Assembly (NCBI GenBank): GCA_964016885.1
Contig: OZ024762.1
Coordinates: forward strand, 28,272,001-28,336,000
Reading direction: 5' to 3'
Source of the DNA: Eledone cirrhosa
Lineage: Eukaryota
DNA length: 64,000 bases
Positions 46,270-63,410 of this stretch are shown here, piece by piece (the stretch's first letter is position 1; each line of letters begins with the position of its first letter). The notes under the pieces were generated by a model. It was not told the DNA's origin. It ran no database searches and saw only the letters and a list, made by a program, of their open reading frames with translations. Position numbers and translations under genes: made by a program.

Positions 46270-47441
46270 TGGGAGTTTGTGCAGTGGGGTGATAGTGGAG
46301 GGTGGTGCTGGGTGATAGCTCGAATGTTTTTTTCCAGTTCTTTTGCCAGATTCATTATGGCTAAAAAAGAGGAAGAAGTTTCCTGTTTAGAAGACTGTTG
46401 GTGACTGTGGTAGTGGTTATTTTTATGTAGGTTATGGTTTTTGTTTTTGCTTTTATTTTTAATTTTATTTTCATTTGTCCGACGGGTCCCCGGGAGATGG
46501 GTAAAGGGACAATCCCGGTCTAAACACAATCTGTCTCGCAGGGAAAAGCGGCAGATTTGTGGATTCCTTGTTTGAGTTATTGGTGGTTGTGTTGGTGTTA
46601 AATTAGAGTATGTATTATGGTGGTGGCTGTTTGTGGGGATAGATCGTTTTGTTCTAGGTAAATGGGTGAATTTGCAGCCACTATCCGCACATATTCTATA
46701 GCGTAGAGAGTAGCGGCAAATGATGGGGTTTCGAGTGGGTGGGTATGTGGGTGTGTGTGTTGTGAGAGGTGTAGATGATGGTTTGGGTAGGATTTGACGA
46801 CCTTTGTGGACTGTGGGAGGGAGAGTTCTTGTTCTGGTATTAGAAGGTAAATTCCTTGACATAGCAGTAGACAAAAATGTAGTAGTAGTAGTAGTAGGCA
46901 GAGATGTTGGCAGTGCTGATGATTGGACTGCTGGGCCAGAGAAAGGATGTGGCGTTTCATGCTGTGATACAGAGGCTACTGGGGGGTCAATAGTTTCATT
47001 TAGTAGATCGGCCATTGTTGATGAATCAAGGAGTGGTTCACACTGTTGTTGTCGTTGTTGTTGTTGTTGCTGTTGTTGATGTTGTTGTTGTAGCTGTTGT
47101 TGTTGTTGCCGTTGTAGCTGCTGTTGTTGTTGTTGCTGCTGCTGGACAGCATTCGAAGAAAAAACACACCGTAGTTTATCCAAATGTTTATTGATTAATT
47201 TAAAAGCAATTTCGATTTGCTTTAATTTATTTTGAATCTGTTGTTCAGATCGAGTTTTCAAAAATTGAACTGTACGTTTAGCAATGTCGTTCAGAGATGA
47301 AGCATCTATGTCTTCTGTTTGGGTAAGGCAATGCCATGTGTTTATTAGAATGTCGATTTCATTATCAGACCAGTTCTGTTTGGATTTTTGCTGGTTAGCC
47401 ATTCTAGTTTTGAGTGTGTGTGTTTTAGTTAAGTATTTCAA
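46257..47441 (-). CDS. LINE ORF1: Myb/SANT-like N-terminus, polyQ, two CCCH fingers
   Basis: NWSDNEIDILINTW...RSEQQIQNKLKQI; Q-run; CRYSLRYRICADSGCKFTH and CRFSLRDRLCLDRDCPFTH. Confidence 0.8.
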   Translation of the reverse strand: MKYLTKTHTLKTRMANQQKSKQNWSDNEIDILINTWHCLTQTEDIDASSLNDIAKRTVQFLKTRSEQQIQNKLKQIEIAFKLINKHLDKLRCVFSSNAVQQQQQQQQQLQRQQQQQLQQQHQQQQQQQQRQQQCEPLLDSSTMADLLNETIDPPVASVSQHETPHPFSGPAVQSSALPTSLPTTTTTTFLSTAMSRNLPSNTRTRTLPPTVHKGRQILPKPSSTPLTTHTPTYPPTRNPIICRYSLRYRICADSGCKFTHLPRTKRSIPTNSHHHNTYSNLTPTQPPITQTRNPQICRFSLRDRLCLDRDCPFTHLPGTRRTNENKIKNKSKNKNHNLHKNNHYHSHQQSSKQETSSSFLAIMNLAKELEKNIRAITQHHPPLSPHCTNSHCCH

Positions 47442-47677
47442 TATATATATATATTTTTTTTAAATTTATTTTTGATTTATTTTTGTTTTTTGTTTTTCTT
47501 GTGTGTGAGTGAGAAGAGTATATATATAAATATGAGTATATATATATATATATATATGTATATTCTGGTTATTTGAAATTAATTAAGTTAATGAAAAGAC
47601 GAAAGTATATAATAATAATTTGTAGTTAAAGGAAAATGTACTCACAAGTTCGAAAACGTGGTTTCAAATATATAATA

Positions 47678-47723
<46 letters not shown>

Positions 47724-47764
47724 GTACATATATATATTATTATATATATACATATATATATATA

Positions 47765-47803
<39 letters not shown>

Positions 47804-47907
47804 GTATATATATACATATATATATATATGTACATATATATATATATACATATGTATATATATACATATATATATATAAATATATGTATATATATGTATA
47901 TATATAC

Positions 47908-47939
<32 letters not shown>

Positions 47940-48175
47940 GTATATATATACATTTCGTTTCTGAATTTGTTTAGCAAGATTCTTTATCTGAAATCGTGTG
48001 TTGAAACCGATATTGTTATACTTTGGGAGGGTCATGTTGCCAATAAGAAACACACGCACCAGTTGCTTTCACTTCAATTTATTATATATTTTTAAATTTA
48101 TAAATTTACAAATCTACAAACTTATAAATTTCTGGTTGGTTGGTTGGTTCCACAACCAGATAGTTGTTTATATAT

Positions 48176-48220
48176 AGTCATAGTCCTTTCGTCACACACT
48201 CTGTGACCTCTTCAGTGACT
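48176..48220 (-). ncRNA. Minimal hammerhead in pLTR
   Basis: Same motif as 40779 (GAAA-GGAC-TA). Confidence 0.75.
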
Positions 48221-49105
48221 GGGGATTCCTTTCTTTGTTTCTGTGCCTTTCCTTTCTTCTATCCTACGCCATTTTGTTTCTGTGTGTGTGTTGTGTGCTC
48301 AGTTTGCACATGCGCCACATCCGGGTGTCTGTGTGTGTTTGTGTTCATTTATCTATTTGTTTATTTATTTATTTATTTATTGTTGGTTGGTTGTTTGTTC
48401 TATGTGTGTGTGTGTTTTCATTTTGTCCTGTGTGTGTTTTCATTTTGTCCTTAATTGTAAGTTGTGATGTTGCTGTTCCACTCATATTTTCTATGTTCTA
48501 TTTAATTTTGGTTGTAATTCTTTTATGCTTACTGCCTCTGTAATTTGCCTAAACATTGCATCTTTTCTGTGTGTGGATTCTATTTTTATTTCTATGTTCT
48601 CTAATCTACCCCTGTGTTCTATCTTAGCATGTTGGTAGAGCACAGATGATTCTTTATTATCTTGAAGGTCTCGCCAGTGTTCATTTACTCGTTCCCCTAT
48701 ACTACGAGCTGTCTCACCTATGTACACTATATTTTTGTTTCTACATTGTCCTTCAGTACATCTTATGCTATACACTATATTTCTAGTTTTACAGTTAATA
48801 TGGGGGCTTATTTTACAGGTTATACATTTCCTATCTATACATGAGGGTCTTTGGAACGGGTATGTCTTGCTAATAAGTGTTTTTACGGAGGTACCTTGTC
48901 TTTCTACTATCTTAATATTGAGTTTATGTTTATTTAGGGCCAACCAACAATAAATAAATAAATAAATAAACAAATAGATAAATGAACACAAACACACACA
49001 GACACCCGGATGTGGCGCATGCGCAAAATGAGCACACAACACACAGAAACAAAATGGCGTAGGATAGAAGAAAGGAAAGGCACAGAAACAAAGAAAGGAA
49101 TCCCC

Positions 49106-49150
49106 AGTCACTGAAGAGGTCACAGAGTGTGTGACGAAAGGACTATGACT
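49106..49150 (+). ncRNA. Minimal hammerhead in pLTR
   Basis: Same motif as 40779. Confidence 0.75.
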
Positions 49151-49312
49151 ATATATAAACAACTATCTGGTTGTGGAACCAACCAACCAACCAGAAATTT
49201 ATAAGTTTGTAGATTTGTAAATTTATAAATTTATAAATATATAATAAATTGAAGTGAAAGCAACTGGTGCGTGTGTTTCTTATTGGCAACATGACCCTCC
49301 CAAAGTATAACA

Positions 49313-49434
49313 ATATATATATACATATATATGTATATATATATTTATATATATACATATATATATATGTTTATATATATATATATATATGTATATATAT
49401 AGATATATATGTATATATATATTTATATATATAC

Positions 49435-49481
<47 letters not shown>

Positions 49482-49569
49482 CATATATATATATACATAT
49501 ATATATACATATATATATATATACATATATATGTATATATATATATATACATGTATATATATACATATG

Positions 49570-49602
<33 letters not shown>

Positions 49603-49813
49603 GTATATATATACATATGTATGTATATATATATGTATATATATATATATATGTATATATATGTATATATATATATATATATATATACATATATATGTAC
49701 ATATATATATGTATATATATACAAATATGTATATATATATATATATATACAAATATGTATATATATATATATATTTACGTATATATATATATATACATAT
49801 ATATGTATATATG

Positions 49814-49865
<52 letters not shown>

Positions 49866-49978
49866 TACATATATATGTATATATATATTTATATATATAC
49901 ATATATATATATGTTTATATATATATATATATATGTATATATATAGATATATATGTATATATATATTTATATATATAC

Positions 49979-50011
<33 letters not shown>

Positions 50012-50111
50012 TGTATATATATACATATATATATATACATATATATATACATATATATATATATACATATATATGTATATATATATATATACATGTATAT
50101 ATATACATATG

Positions 50112-50146
<35 letters not shown>

Positions 50147-50370
50147 GTATATATATACATATGTATGTATATATATATGTATATATATATATATATATGT
50201 ATATATATGTATATATATATATATATATACATATATATGTACATATATATATGTATATATATACAAATATGTATATATATATATATATATATACAAATAT
50301 GTATATATATATATATATTTACGTATATATATATATATACATATATATGTATATATGTATATATATATAC

Positions 50371-50405
<35 letters not shown>

Positions 50406-50417
50406 TACATATATATG

Positions 50418-50453
<36 letters not shown>

Positions 50454-50507
50454 TATATATGTATATATATATATATATGTTTATACATATATATATACAT
50501 ATATATG

Positions 50508-50541
<34 letters not shown>

Positions 50542-50609
50542 TATATATGTATATATATATATATATACATATATATGTATATATATATATATATATACAT
50601 ATATATGTA

Positions 50610-50642
<33 letters not shown>

Positions 50643-50665
50643 GTATATATACATATATATATATG

Positions 50666-50698
<33 letters not shown>

Positions 50699-50709
50699 GT
50701 ATATATATG
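49313..50709. repeat. Compound TA microsatellite with an internal ~545-bp duplication
   Basis: Rare interruptions repeat in order (TAGATA, TACAAATATG x2, TTTACGTA at about 49774 and 50318). Confidence 0.85.
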
Positions 50710-51782
50710 TTTCTTTTATTTGCCACCAGGGCATCAAAAGTGGGACAAGTACAATGGGGGGAGTTTACAAAACAAGGCGTCCTCAATAAGGAGGAGGCAA
50801 TAACAATATATAAAAATAAAATAAAATATAACAAAAAATAAAATTTATAACAAAGTCCTCAATAGAGAGGAGGCGCCTTGGGGGGTCGCACACACCCCCG
50901 AAAAAAGTGTGCAACCCTTCTCCTCAGGAGCACAGAGAAGGGGTGCTCCCTTGGTCTTTCATCTTCCTCACCTATAGACTGATGTAGAGTGAAGGCCCAT
51001 TCACACGGGCCATTCTCTCCACTTTCACCCATCTTTCATAGAAACGGCTGGGGTGCAGCACCTCTCTCTCCATCCTGATCCTTCTTCCGAAATGATATCG
51101 GAAGAAACGGACCAGTTGTTGGCCAGAGAGAAAGGTGTCTGACCTCAGTCCTTTCAGACGCGTCCACCATACAACCTCTTTCGCCATGGCTATTACGCAC
51201 AGAAACACCGCCTCTCCTTCGTTTTTGAAGAGGGGAGGCGGCTTGATCGTTACAATAGACTCGGTGGTCAACCGGATCGGTCCCACCCTTGACAGCAGTT
51301 GTTCGACATAGCCCCACAGATCGGCAATGCCCGAGCAGTGTACCAATGCGTGTGCAACGGTTTCCTCGTCGCACACGCATCTGGGACAGACCTTTTTCGA
51401 TGGGTCCCTACCCGGGCGCCCGTGTCTGTAGAGCCTTTCTCGAACGGGCAGAGCCCTTCTGTAGCATTGCCAGGCCAGGGACCTCTGGAAGTTATCCATG
51501 GGTCCCGGGCTGAATGTCCTACCGAACAGGTTGGCCAGTTCGTCTTCCTCCATGCCTAGGGCTTCTCCGAGGGTGTCGTCGCACCTGCTAACCACCAGCC
51601 CTCTATAGAATGACGAGGTGGATTCTCCACTGACAGCCGGGTCCGCCTGCCAGAGAGCCGTGAGCGCCTGGGCACACTCGGTGTGCCAGGCGCCCAGTTT
51701 TCTCGGTCTTTGCTTGACCCAGGATTGCAGCTCGGTGAGTGAGACGAGTCTGGGAAAGGCTCGCCTCACAAACGGGGCCCAA
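50710..51782 (-). mobile_element. Tx1/L1-type LINE 3' fragment
   Basis: C-terminal LAWQCYRRALPV...CPRC...EETVAHALVHC zinc knuckle; 3' UTR ending AATAAAAGAAA. Confidence 0.85.
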
Positions 51783-52212
51783 GACATTTCATTATTATCT
51801 ATTTCCGTGTTTCCATAAATGTTGGTATTTTCATTGTTGAACTCTTCAGATAATGAGGTGTCGGCCATGTTGATACCGTCAATTTTGTCGGGATATCTAT
51901 TGGTATACTCTATAGTATCCCGATTTAGCTTTGCCTGTTTAAGCCACTTTAATTTTCTGTTAAAGTGCTTATTACATTCTTGTGTAATGTACTGTACATT
52001 ACAGTACATTACTCAAGAATGTAATAAGCACTTTAACAGAAAATTAAAGTGGCTTAAACAGGCAAAGCTAAATCGGGATACTATAGAATATACCAATAGA
52101 TATCCCGACAAAATTGACGGTATCAACATGGCCGACACCTCATTATCTGAAGAGTTCAACAATGAAAATACCAACATTTATGGAAACACGGAAATAGATA
52201 ATAATGAAATGT
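51783..52212. repeat. ~215-bp-arm near-perfect palindrome at the Penelope 5' junction
   Basis: 51783-51995 is the reverse complement of 51999-52212; centre AATGTACTGTA-CAT-TACAGTACATT. Confidence 0.95.
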
Positions 52213-52683
52213 CTGTGCTACGTCTGCCACCCAAATTTGCGACATTCAAGAAGGTAAATATGATTAGTTGTCTGTCAGAAATAGAAAAATCATTTACGAA
52301 ACTACGCTGGAGCATCAAAAACAAAAACAAAAGCAACAATATACGCACACACATATACAACACACATCCCAACAACAACAGACACACAGACACAAACAAC
52401 AATAACAACAACAATAGCAACATACCCAGATACAACAACAACAATAGCAACATACCCAGATACAATAGACACGCAGACACAAACAACAATAACAACACAC
52501 ACGGAGACAACAATAACAACAACACACACATCAACAACAACAACAATAGCAACATACCCAGATACAACAACAACAGACACGCAAACACAAACAACAATAA
52601 CAACACACACAACAACGATAACACACACACACACACGGAGACAACAACAACACACATCAACAACAACAACACACACGCATTCA

Positions 52684-55101
52684 ATGCCTCTCACCACCAC
52701 CACAATCTTAACAAACACACAGACACAGAAAACAAGTAATGACAGTAGCACAGAAATCAGAGAAATAAGAGAAAGTAATAGGATTAAAAGGAAAAGGAGA
52801 TGGGAGACTAAGGACAAAGAGAATAACCAAGACGAACACACAGACACACAAAATAGGGTAGATAACAACATTGAGCCAGTGGAAAGAGACAGGAGTAATT
52901 ATGAGAGACATAGAAACAACCATGAAGCTGAGGCTGCTGCTGTTGGTGGAAATAGAAACAACACAACTAACAATAACAATAGCACTAGTACACATAAAGC
53001 AGCAGCCTGGAACTCTCCGTTTTATAACCCCTCCGATAAATCATTCGACCTACGACGAGTCCACGCCACGACTTTGCCATTTAACAAACGCACGCAGTTG
53101 CCGTCGCAGGTCGATGAACAAACAGAAGCACAATTTAGTATAGCTAAATCCGAACTTAGAAATATTATAGAACAGTATAGCATGAAGCATAATAGAATAG
53201 AGGCCCAGCAACTGGGAGAAGAATCTGCAAATGGCTTGCGTAAGCTCATGCAGCGCTCGCGTAATGGAGAGATAGCATGCTTTCCAACAGACAAGTCTGG
53301 CAGAATGTCGGTTGACAGCCTGCCAAACTACATCCAGGCAATGCAACCCCACATCACTAACACAAGAGAGGTAACACCACAGGAGCATGAGGATAGAGAA
53401 AAAACCCTCAATGCCCATATGGTGATGTGGACAAATATAATGCAGCCCAACAAAAGGACTGCCAACAACTTCCAGGCCTGGAACAATGACGTGCCGGCGT
53501 TGTATGGGCTTCGAAAAGACCATAAAACGGGCTGGGACCCTGTCGCAGGACCCCCAACACGGCCAGTCTGTGGGGCTAACATTGCTAGTAACTACAGACT
53601 GTCCTACTTCCTCTCCCTGATCATACGCCCCATCATTGAGATGTCCCCAGATGTGTGTGACAGCACGGAGGACCTCCTCAGCAGAATCGGCGCGGGTAAC
53701 CGCTCTGGGGACCTAACAAACTGCATAATAGGCAGTATGGATGTTGTGTCCCTGTATCCATCTATTGACGTGGATTTTGCTGTGGAGAAATGCGTCGAAA
53801 TGATCAGCGAGAGCAAGGTTGAGTTCCATGGGATTGATACCAGTGAGCTGGGACTTCTACTTAAGCTTACCCATAGTAATAGTTACCTAGACACTTATGA
53901 CCTTAGCAACCTGTGCCCTACAAGACCAGCAAGAGGCAGACCACCTACCATTACCTCAATGGCCAAGAAAACCCACACAGATAGATGGAACGGGTGGACC
54001 AGAGCCATACGGACACCCGAAAACCACGATGAACTGAAGAAAATGATTGCACATGCAGTAGGGGCCAGCATAAAATTAACCCTTAAGGAACATATGTTCA
54101 AATTTAATGGTAAAACATATGCCCAAGAGGAAGGAGCAGCCATTGGTGTTAGCATTGCAGGCGACATAGCTAACTTATTCATGGTATGGTGGGACAGTAG
54201 ACTTAAACAAAAACTTAATGAACAATTAGAAGACAGCTTAACCCTGATAATGTACTCCCGCTACGTAGATGATATAAACATCGTAGTTAAGACACCCCCA
54301 CTAAAGAACAGTCAGGAACTAGAGAAAAACACAATGGAAAGCATCCAGCAAATAGCAAACTCCATCCACCAGAGCATTAGAGTTACTATAGACTACCCAA
54401 GTAGACACCCCAACCATCGATTACCTGTACTAGACACAGAGCTCTGGTTAGATACAATTAACAACCAAAAACAAATCCTCCATTCCCATTATGCCAAACC
54501 CATGACTTCCAAACATCTGATCCACCGAAACTCGGCCATTTCGGACCATACCAAAATCAACATACTGATTGCGGATTTGGTACGGGTGATGAGAAATGTG
54601 TCCCGCATGTGCAACCCCGAAGAACTAGAGAGACACATACAACACTTCATCCACCGTATGCAGTTCTCTGGCTACAATCAGAGAGATAGAATCAGAGTGT
54701 ATAAAGGAGCCAGAACCAAATGGGAAAAAATGGTAAATAATGACATAAATGGGACCTGCCCCTTGTATAGGAGCAAATTTTGGAATAGAATAGAAAGAAC
54801 TAAGAACAAGGCCAATAGAATAAACTCATGGTATGATAGCAATAAATACCAGAGTGTAATGTTCATCAATACAACCCCTAGAGGCGAACTAGCCTACAAA
54901 TTTAGAAGGGCCCTAAAGAAACATAATCTCAATATTAAGATAGTAGAAAGACCTGGTACCTCCGTAAAAACACTTATTAGCAAGACATACCCGTTCCAAA
55001 GACCCTCATGTATAGATAAGAAATGTATAACCTGTAAAATAAGCCCCCATATTAACTGTAAAACTAGAAATGTAGTATATAGCATAAGAAGGACAATGTA
55101 G
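52684..55101 (+). pseudogene. Penelope-like reverse transcriptase ORF (endonuclease continues at 55100-55384)
   Basis: 805-aa ORF with PLE RT motifs. Confidence 0.9.
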
Positions 55102-55693
55102 AAACAAAAATATAGTGTACATAGGTGAGACAGCTCGTAGTATAGGGGAACGAATAAATGAACACTGGCGAGACCTCCAAGATAATAAAGAATCATCTGT
55201 GCTCTACCAACATGCTAAGATAGAACACAGGGGTAAATTAGAGAGCATAGAAATAAAAATAGAATCCACACACAAGAAAGACGCAATGTTTAGGCAAATT
55301 ACAGAGGCAGTAAGCATAAAAGAATTAAAACCAAAATTAAATAGAAAATATGAGTGGAACAGCAACATCACAACTTACAATTAAGGACAAAATGAAAACA
55401 CACACACACATAGAACAAACAAGTTACAATTGAAAACACACACAAAATGAAAACACACACAAGACAAAATGAAAACACACACACACATAGAACAAACAAC
55501 CAACCAACAATAAATAAATAAATAAATAAACAAACAAATAGAAAAATATAAATAGAAAAATAGAAAAATGAACACAAACACACACAGACACCCGGATGTG
55601 GCGCATGCGCAAACTGAGCACGCAACCCACACACAAACAAAATGGCGTAGGATAGAAGAAAGGAAAGGCACAGAAACGAAGAAAGAAATCCCC

Positions 55694-55738
55694 AGTCACT
55701 GAAGAGGTCACAGAGTGTGTGACGAAAGAACTATGACT
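55694..55738 (+). ncRNA. Minimal hammerhead in the 3' pLTR
   Basis: Same motif as 40779. Confidence 0.75.
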
Positions 55739-55892
55739 ATATATATATAAACAACTATCTGGTTGTGGAACCAACCAACCAACCAGAAATTTATAAATTT
55801 GTAAATTTATAAATATATAATAAATTAAATTGAAGTGAAAGCAACTGGTGCGTGTGTTTCTTATTGGCAACATGACCCTCCCAAAGTACAAC

Positions 55893-59760
<3,868 letters not shown>

Positions 59761-62700
59761 AATATACCCAGCAGAAAAACCTACCTTAAACTGCTTATAG
59801 ACGCTACTAATTCGTTTATACTGAGAGTCAGATGGAAGGCATACCACCTGGATAAGAACACCCGTAACCTTCCTGAACCCAAAGAGTGGTATGGCTTCAA
59901 ACCTACCGAAACCCACCGCACAACACCTTACTGGACTTATTTGAAGAGGACCTGCTGAAAATGATCAAAAACGTTAAGCTCAGAAAGAAACACCAATGCA
60001 GCAATCCATTCTTAACGTCCCTTGATACACTAATAACTAAGATCAAGAATGACCCGCACCTCTTCGTCACCTCCGACAAAACCAAAAAGCTGTACAAGAT
60101 GGACGCGAGTGAGTATAAAAAATTCATCTATAAGGAACTACACAAAGACTACAAAAAGACACCCTCTAGTACCCTAAATGACATAAATAGAGTAGGGAAG
60201 GATATAGTCACCAGCTTAGAAATAGAAAAGTACACTAACCCGTACGTCCCTCTGACGCCTAAATTCTCTCTTAAGGATCACAAATATGACTTTAATGAAA
60301 GCCCCTCTATTAGACTAATATTCCACTCTACATCAGATATAGGTAAGATTAGTAAAGTGATCCTCGACAGAGTACTACTCGAGCTTAATAGAAAGGCTAA
60401 GGTCTGCCTCTGGGGCAACACCGACCAGGTCATAAATTGGTTCACCGAGTTGCCGGATAAAGCCACCCTGAAATTCATCCAGTTTGATATAGATAGCTAC
60501 TACGCCTCTATCTCCCCCATACTCTTAAATAAGGCACTTATCTTAGCTAGATCTAACACTAGCCTCACTAAAAAAGAAATAGACATAATTCTAGCGGCAC
60601 GTAGAACCATTATCCAGTTCGAAGGCTCCCACTGGACCAGAACCAACCGTCCTGATAACTTCGATGTCACGATGGGGTCCAGTGACTCAGCGCAAGCAAC
60701 TGACCTGGTTGGGATATACCTCCTGCATAAGCTTAGGGAAGAAATACCGGCCCTACAAGGAGGTGTATATAGGGACGACGCCCTGTTTACCGTTAGGAAC
60801 CATAGCCCCCGTAGGATAGAGAACCTTAACAAACATATACACAGGTTCTTTAAGTCATACGGCCTATCCGTAACTATGGACCTCAACCACAGGGTTGTCA
60901 ACTTCCTGGACGTGACCCTGGAGTTGAGTACGGGCTTATACAAGCCATACCATAAGCCTGGAGAGTGCCTCTCTTATATTAATTATGCCTCCAACCACCC
61001 TAAGCAGACTCTCAACTCCATAGTCTATAGTATCTCACATAGAATCTCGAGGCTATCCGCCAATGAGGATATCTTCAACCAAGCGGCTGATTACTACAAT
61101 AGGGCCCTGATAAGCGCCGGCTTTAACCGAGGAATTTCCTACATCCCTAACGCTAGCTCTAGAAACCCCCCCCTAATAAAACTAACGTTATAGTAAGCCA
61201 TACCTATAACCGATCACGCGGCGACATCGTTAAAGTCGGATATAATAGAATAGATAACCGCACCAAAGATCACGTCCCCGGCGACGGTGAATACTGTAGA
61301 TTACTCAAACTATTCCCCTATTACAAAACCAACAAAGGCGACGGCCTACTACCAACGCCTTCCAACCAACATATTCGTGTACATAAACATGGAAGAGGTA
61401 GAAAGAGTGCACCCGAGCATAAAGTGAAAGGGGCACCAAACGGACGACAGCGCATTAACACACATAAGAGCGGTCACTTAGATGGAACCACCCGTAGCAA
61501 AAGTACAAGGACACGTAATCGCCACCGTAACGTCCTATGGTTCCACCCCCCCCCCCTACTCTCGAAGTGTGGCCTCCAACATACCCCGGATATTCTTCGA
61601 AGCCTTAGAGAAGAACTTCCCACCCAACCATAGGTATAGAAAAATTCTTAATAGGAACAATATAAAAATATCCTTCTCTACTACTCCTAACCTAGCAGAC
61701 ATCATAGGAACAACGAACCACAGTAAGATCACCAAGACACAGCACCTCGACACAGACGCACCTACACCTGACAATAACTATATCGGCCTTAACAACTCCC
61801 TGACAGCATCCAATAGTGTTGGCAACGGCATCCGCAGACGCAACCAGAATGACCGCGAAATGACCGGGGAACATGGAGAACATGACGTGCGGAATAACAA
61901 TCGCACAATCCCGCGTTCTGTGGGTTGTAATTGTGCTAACGACAGCTGCGGTAGCGTAGGTAACAACGTAGGCAGCAACAATGATAGCCTTACCGTGGGA
62001 AATAGACGGAACCGCGACAGAAATTGCAACTGCCGCGACAGAGGACGCTGCCCCCTTAGAGGATACTGCTTGACTGATAGGGTTATATATAGATGCACTA
62101 TTACTAGCCACAATAGCGTTAAACATTATATAGGGGCCACCTCCGGCCCGTTCAAAATTAGGTTTCGAACACATCTCCACTCTTTCACAAATAGAAAACT
62201 AAGGCACTCCACTTCGCTCGCGGACTACATCACATCACTAAAGGACTTAAACATCAGCTTCTCCACGCACTGGGAGATTGTCGGCAGGGCTGCACCGTAC
62301 AACTTCAAGAGGAAATGCGATCTTTGCCTCATGGAGCTCTACCACATCATAACTGCACCCCACGAGCTCATCAACAGCAGAGCTGAAACAGCGATAAGTT
62401 GTACACATCGCTTAAAAATATCCTTCTTTAGATGGGTTAAGAATGAAGAGTGAAATAGTACACTGGATCTCCCTGCAACAAGTCTTAACACCCCGGCGGG
62501 CAGGCGCAGCAAAATAACACCCAGAAAATAATCCTTGCATACCAGACCCAGCCTGAGACAAACGGATGCGGCAAAAAAACCCAAAAAAAAACCAAATTTA
62601 TCCGGGAAAGACTGCCCTAACACCGGCCAGAGTTACCTCCCTTGACCTGCTGCAAAATCAAAACAAGATATTTTTGCGAGCAATGAATCTTGATGTAGAT

Positions 62701-63005
62701 TTAACCCCCAAAACTCTTTCCGAACTATATAAGGAACACTTGTGATTATTTATGCCCTTGAGAAGGACAACTGGGCGAAACGTACGTAGGTTATATTTTA
62801 AATAAACATATTTTAACGGTCTATTCTCCGATTTTTTACTTTCCCACGTGCTTACGCTCTGCTAACTCTCTAGCCCACTAAATATTAACACTTCGAATAT
62901 TTAATACTGCCGGCACTAGTATCGAGCACCTTTGGCATACGCTACTTGGCAAATAACTATATGTATCACCTATCCCTCCTTTTTCTCTCTTTCTCGATAC
63001 GTAAA
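59761..63005 (+). mobile_element. Near-complete Naiad-like Penelope element (RT + GIY-YIG, ORF ends 62453)
   Basis: [83 protein letters not shown]. Three single-base frameshifts, all in homopolymers. Confidence 0.92.
62752..62795 (+). ncRNA. Degenerate U3:A8 hammerhead in the 3' pLTR
   Basis: cc-TTGAGAA-GGACAACTGGGC-GAAA-CGTACG-TA-gg followed by AATAAA. Helix II pairs poorly. Confidence 0.45.
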
Positions 63006-63018
63006 TACTATATATATG

Positions 63019-63108
<90 letters not shown>

Positions 63109-63230
63109 CATATATATGTATATATATATATATGTATATATATATATTTATATGTATATATATATATGTATATATATATATATGTATATATGTTTATATA
63201 TATATGTATATATATATATACATATATATG

Positions 63231-63318
<88 letters not shown>

Positions 63319-63336
63319 TATGTATATATATATGTA

Positions 63337-63410
<74 letters not shown>

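Larger units (their letters stand above)
42880..47520 (-). mobile_element. Full-length CR1-group LINE (ORF1 + ORF2)
   Basis: Two overlapping ORFs, a 3' tail of (TTCAAAGTTA)2, and TA repeats on both flanks. Confidence 0.9.
47952..49315 (-). mobile_element. Neptune-like Penelope 3' fragment (GIY-YIG + pLTR, -) with an inverted pLTR (+, 48941-49315)
   Basis: CIDRKCITC, IVY..C....C, YIGETARS, HAKIEH. Hammerheads at 48176-48220 (-) and 49106-49150 (+). Confidence 0.92.

Noticed and set aside
61990-62453. Selenocysteine recoding, as known for some Naiad elements
   Set aside because: The Cys motifs here and in the 28914 and 37835 ORFs use TGC/TGT; there is no in-frame TGA and I saw no convincing SECIS.
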